Shown piece after piece: positions 62,101-64,000 of a stretch of DNA of 64,000 nucleotides. A program made the position numbers and the translations under genes. Location: assembly GCA_951406725.2 (NCBI GenBank), contig OX597837.1, positions 24,738,001-24,802,000 of the forward strand, read 5' to 3'. The notes beneath the pieces were generated by a model that saw only the letters and a list, made by a program, of their open reading frames with translations, was not told where the DNA came from and did not search any database. Positions within the stretch are counted from its first letter, which is position 1. Every line of letters starts with the position of its first letter. The stretch comes from Octopus vulgaris. Taxonomy: Eukaryota.

Positions 62101-63977
62101 AATACTTGTGATAAGGGAGCCTCGACATCAGTGGTTTTAAACCAGGGTCCATATGACCTTTAGGGGTCCATATGACCTTTAGGGGTCCATATAAGATTTC
62201 GTTAAAATTTCTGTGCAATAAATTGGTTTTACTTCTACAAAGCAAAATATTTTGACAATTTTTTTTTTCAATACAATTCCTGATAATATTTAATTATTAA
62301 ATTTTTAAGCGTTTAATGATTATGGGGTTCCTCCTATTGATAAAAAAAATGGTTGGGAACAAATACCCTACGTTGTTATTTGACCTTGTAGAAATAGCAA
62401 CTAAATCGCTTTCAAATCACACTCAACCATCTAAAAGACTATTGGCAGCACTAATTACTATTCTACCTACATGACGATGATGATAATGATTGTTGTAATT
62501 AATTTTAGGATCTGGAAGTCTTGCTGCGATGTCAGTGTTTGAAGAAAGATTCAAGACGAATATGACCGTAAGTATTATTAGCACTGTTTTTCATCTCTGC
62601 CTTAATAAGAAAAGGAATGACCTCTACGGAGTAATGGACAGGATGCTACTGAAGGGAGAGAAGAAAAGCAAGAGATGGTAGGGTGGGTGTGGGGAGGGGG
62701 TAGAGTCAGCTGCATGTAGTAAGGTGGTGAGTGGCTTAGAGAAACAGTTGTTCAGTCTGAGAAATGCCTACTGCTAATTCAGAAGTATCTTGCCCAGGAT
62801 ATTAATCGTCTGGAAACCGTTCAGCGATGTGCAACCAAGAGAATACCCTCCATCGGGCATTTGCCATATTCTGAACACCTTACTTCCCTGGGCATGGATA
62901 CATCGAGACTCCGACGTCTGGCAGCTGACTTGGCAGACACCCATAAAATTATTAACCACCTTACAAACAATAACTCTGAGCACCTTTTCAAACTCCACCC
63001 GTCTAACACCCATGGACATATTTACAAAGTCAGAAAACAGCACAGCTCTCATGACTTTCGGAAACATTTTTTCACGCTAAGAGTTGCTGAAGCATGGAAC
63101 AAACTGCTGGCATCAGTTGTTAGTTGTCAGAGAACTGCATCTTTCAAAACTTCCATGCTTCCTGAGATTCACCAACACTACACCTGATTTTCTCCCCTCC
63201 ATACACACGCAAGCATGTATCTGACTCATACACTGTTCACTTCCCAGACATTTGTACATTACTGCATATGCTTTACACACACTTTTGACAAGTTGTGGTG
63301 CACCTGAGCACTGTATACAATAATTTCATTATTATATTCCAGCAATACTGTAATAGTATCCATCTGATCTCTACAAACATAGAAAAGTGGACGTTAAAAC
63401 AATGCAGACAATGATGATGATGATGACATGGCCAAATTCAACAAATTGCTCCCAATCCTTGTTAGAGTATCTCCATAAATGGGACAGGCTAGTTTGTGTT
63501 TGCATCAAGTCATATAATTTCTGATAATGAAGTCAAACCAAATAAGGATATTTGGAAAGCATTTAATATGTCTGTTTCAGATTTTGTATAATATATAATA
63601 GGAATATATATATATATATATAATGACTCAGGGTCTCCTTGGTGATGTCGTTTTGTTAAAATTTGAACATATTGACTGTGGCTCTTGAGCAAAGACCACA
63701 AACACATGCATGCATACATACATTCATACACACACACTCTACTAACTCAGTTATACACAAGAAAATATTTGTATGTGTTGGCAAAGATGTATATAGATCT
63801 GTTTATTACTTTTTGTCTTTAACAGTGTGATGAAGCGAAGAGATTAGTACAAGATGCTATTACTGCAGGTATCTTCAATGATCTTGGTTCCGGTAGTAAT
63901 GTTGATCTGTGTGTCATCACTAAAGATAAAGTTGATTATCTCCGCCCGTATGACCAGTGCAACAAGAAGGGTCAAAG
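43403..63977 (+). CDS. PSMB7: Proteasome subunit beta type-7 (beta2), exons 1-7; last exon lies beyond the window
   Basis: Exons 43403-43464, 47087-47168, 56215-56312, 59148-59288, 61394-61509, 62509-62567 and 63826-63977. A 39-aa propeptide is followed by KTG/TTIAG, with the catalytic Thr at 47142-47144. Further motifs: [39 protein letters not shown]. Confidence 0.97.
44933..45153. mobile_element. Second piggyBac-type MITE family (CCCTTTAGCA ends)
   Basis: TTAA-flanked. Other copies lie near 27200-27402, 30960-31150, 37083-37553 (interrupted), 53340-53510, 54330-54550 and 60585-60720. Confidence 0.8.
46509..46743 (+). mobile_element. tRNA-derived SINE with Nin/Deu-like central domain (family B), exemplar
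   Basis: A box TGGCAGAAACG, B box GAGTTCAAATTCC, domain GCCTTTCATCCTTTCGGGGTCGATAAATTAAGTACCAG. About 20 copies, e.g. 1431, 12843, 14245, 16120, 25002, 31641, 39714(-), 42325, 43053(-), 56739. Confidence 0.85.
47506..47553 (-). ncRNA. Minimal hammerhead ribozyme, mirror copy in the left Penelope arm
   Basis: Exact reverse complement of 53041-53088. Confidence 0.85.
47881..48127. repeat. Composite (GAA)n/(GAT)n microsatellite, duplicated unit, in the Penelope 3' UTR (left arm)
   Basis: Read directly; mirrored at 52452-52712 with different repeat counts. Confidence 0.9.
48258..50410 (-). CDS. Penelope-like RT + GIY-YIG endonuclease ORF, uninterrupted but lacking the native N-terminus
   Basis: RT motifs: [39 protein letters not shown]. 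Cys linker CGRPNCGIC. Endonuclease motif [18 protein letters not shown]...R...H and a terminal PLLN. The ORF-track start at 50435 is a TTG inside junction filler. Confidence 0.92.
50426..52322 (+). pseudogene. Second Penelope copy, further 5'-truncated, with a 1-bp frameshift between RT and endonuclease
   Basis: Translation is identical to the left copy from TIKEADKG onward. The A-run at 51780-51785 has 6 A versus 7 in the left arm, splitting ORFs 50344-51798 and 51795-52322. This could be a homopolymer sequencing error. Confidence 0.85.
52452..52712. repeat. Composite (TTC)n/(ATC)n microsatellite in the Penelope 3' UTR (right arm)
   Basis: Read directly; explains the spurious poly-K/M ORF 52421-52717. 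Confidence 0.9.
53041..53088 (+). ncRNA. Minimal type I hammerhead ribozyme in the Penelope pseudo-LTR
   Basis: Layout: stem I cag, core TTGAAAA, stem II ggtc/gacc, GAAA, palindromic ACCGGT stem III, cleavage A, stem I' ctg. Stem I extends via cgtt/aatg past one mismatch. The core carries the compensated U3-A8 variant of the C3-G8 pair. Confidence 0.85.
54971..56045 (+). mobile_element. Internally deleted piggyBac transposon
   Basis: TTAA TSDs and CCCTTTCGTTAC TIRs. Frameshifted transposase N-terminus (acidic region, [32 protein letters not shown]). The catalytic domain is absent. Confidence 0.9.
57155..57265 (-). mobile_element. Small Gypsy integrase fragment
   Basis: [29 protein letters not shown] resembles the Gypsy integrase LLGLRTA..D...SPAELVYG..L.LPG segment. 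Confidence 0.55.
57650..58879 (+). mobile_element. Near full-length degenerate mariner transposon
   Basis: TIRs tatcagatcatcccataagttctgtc and gacagaacttatgggatgacttgata. Frameshifted transposase with WMPHEL, HQDNA and [13 protein letters not shown]. Confidence 0.92.
60787..61127 (+). mobile_element. tRNA-derived SINE family D
   Basis: A box TGGCTCAGTGG, B-box-like TCGAATCC, then cttgagcaagacactt...cactcagctg. Related copies near 3028, 20703 and 46305. Confidence 0.75.
62761..63335 (+). mobile_element. CR1-group LINE 3' end
   Basis: Encodes [23 protein letters not shown]...[14 protein letters not shown]; same 3' UTR and ATT tail. Confidence 0.85.
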
Positions 63978-64000
63978 GTAAGTTTCTGGCCAAATCTTCA

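Overview
Eukaryotic, AT-rich, repeat-dense genomic DNA. The SINE families look like octopus (coleoid cephalopod) SINEs; this is recognised from memory, not from a search. Four spliced housekeeping genes were reconstructed by hand, with GT-AG borders and consistent reading phases: the 3' end of PHYHD1 (+), complete MRRF (-), complete RBM18 (+, head-to-head with MRRF) and exons 1-7 of PSMB7 (+). Introns hold tRNA-derived SINEs, CR1/RTE/R4/CRE-type LINE fragments, mariner and piggyBac relics, MITEs and a Helitron. The most striking structure is a young ~5.7 kb Penelope-like (Neptune-type) insertion in PSMB7 intron 2. It consists of two near-identical, 5'-truncated copies joined head-to-head: 2.7 kb inverted arms around a 270 bp spacer. 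Each outer end carries a minimal U3-A8 hammerhead ribozyme, and the whole unit sits in the (TA)n core of a SINE. Most short ORFs in the supplied track are repeat-derived noise.
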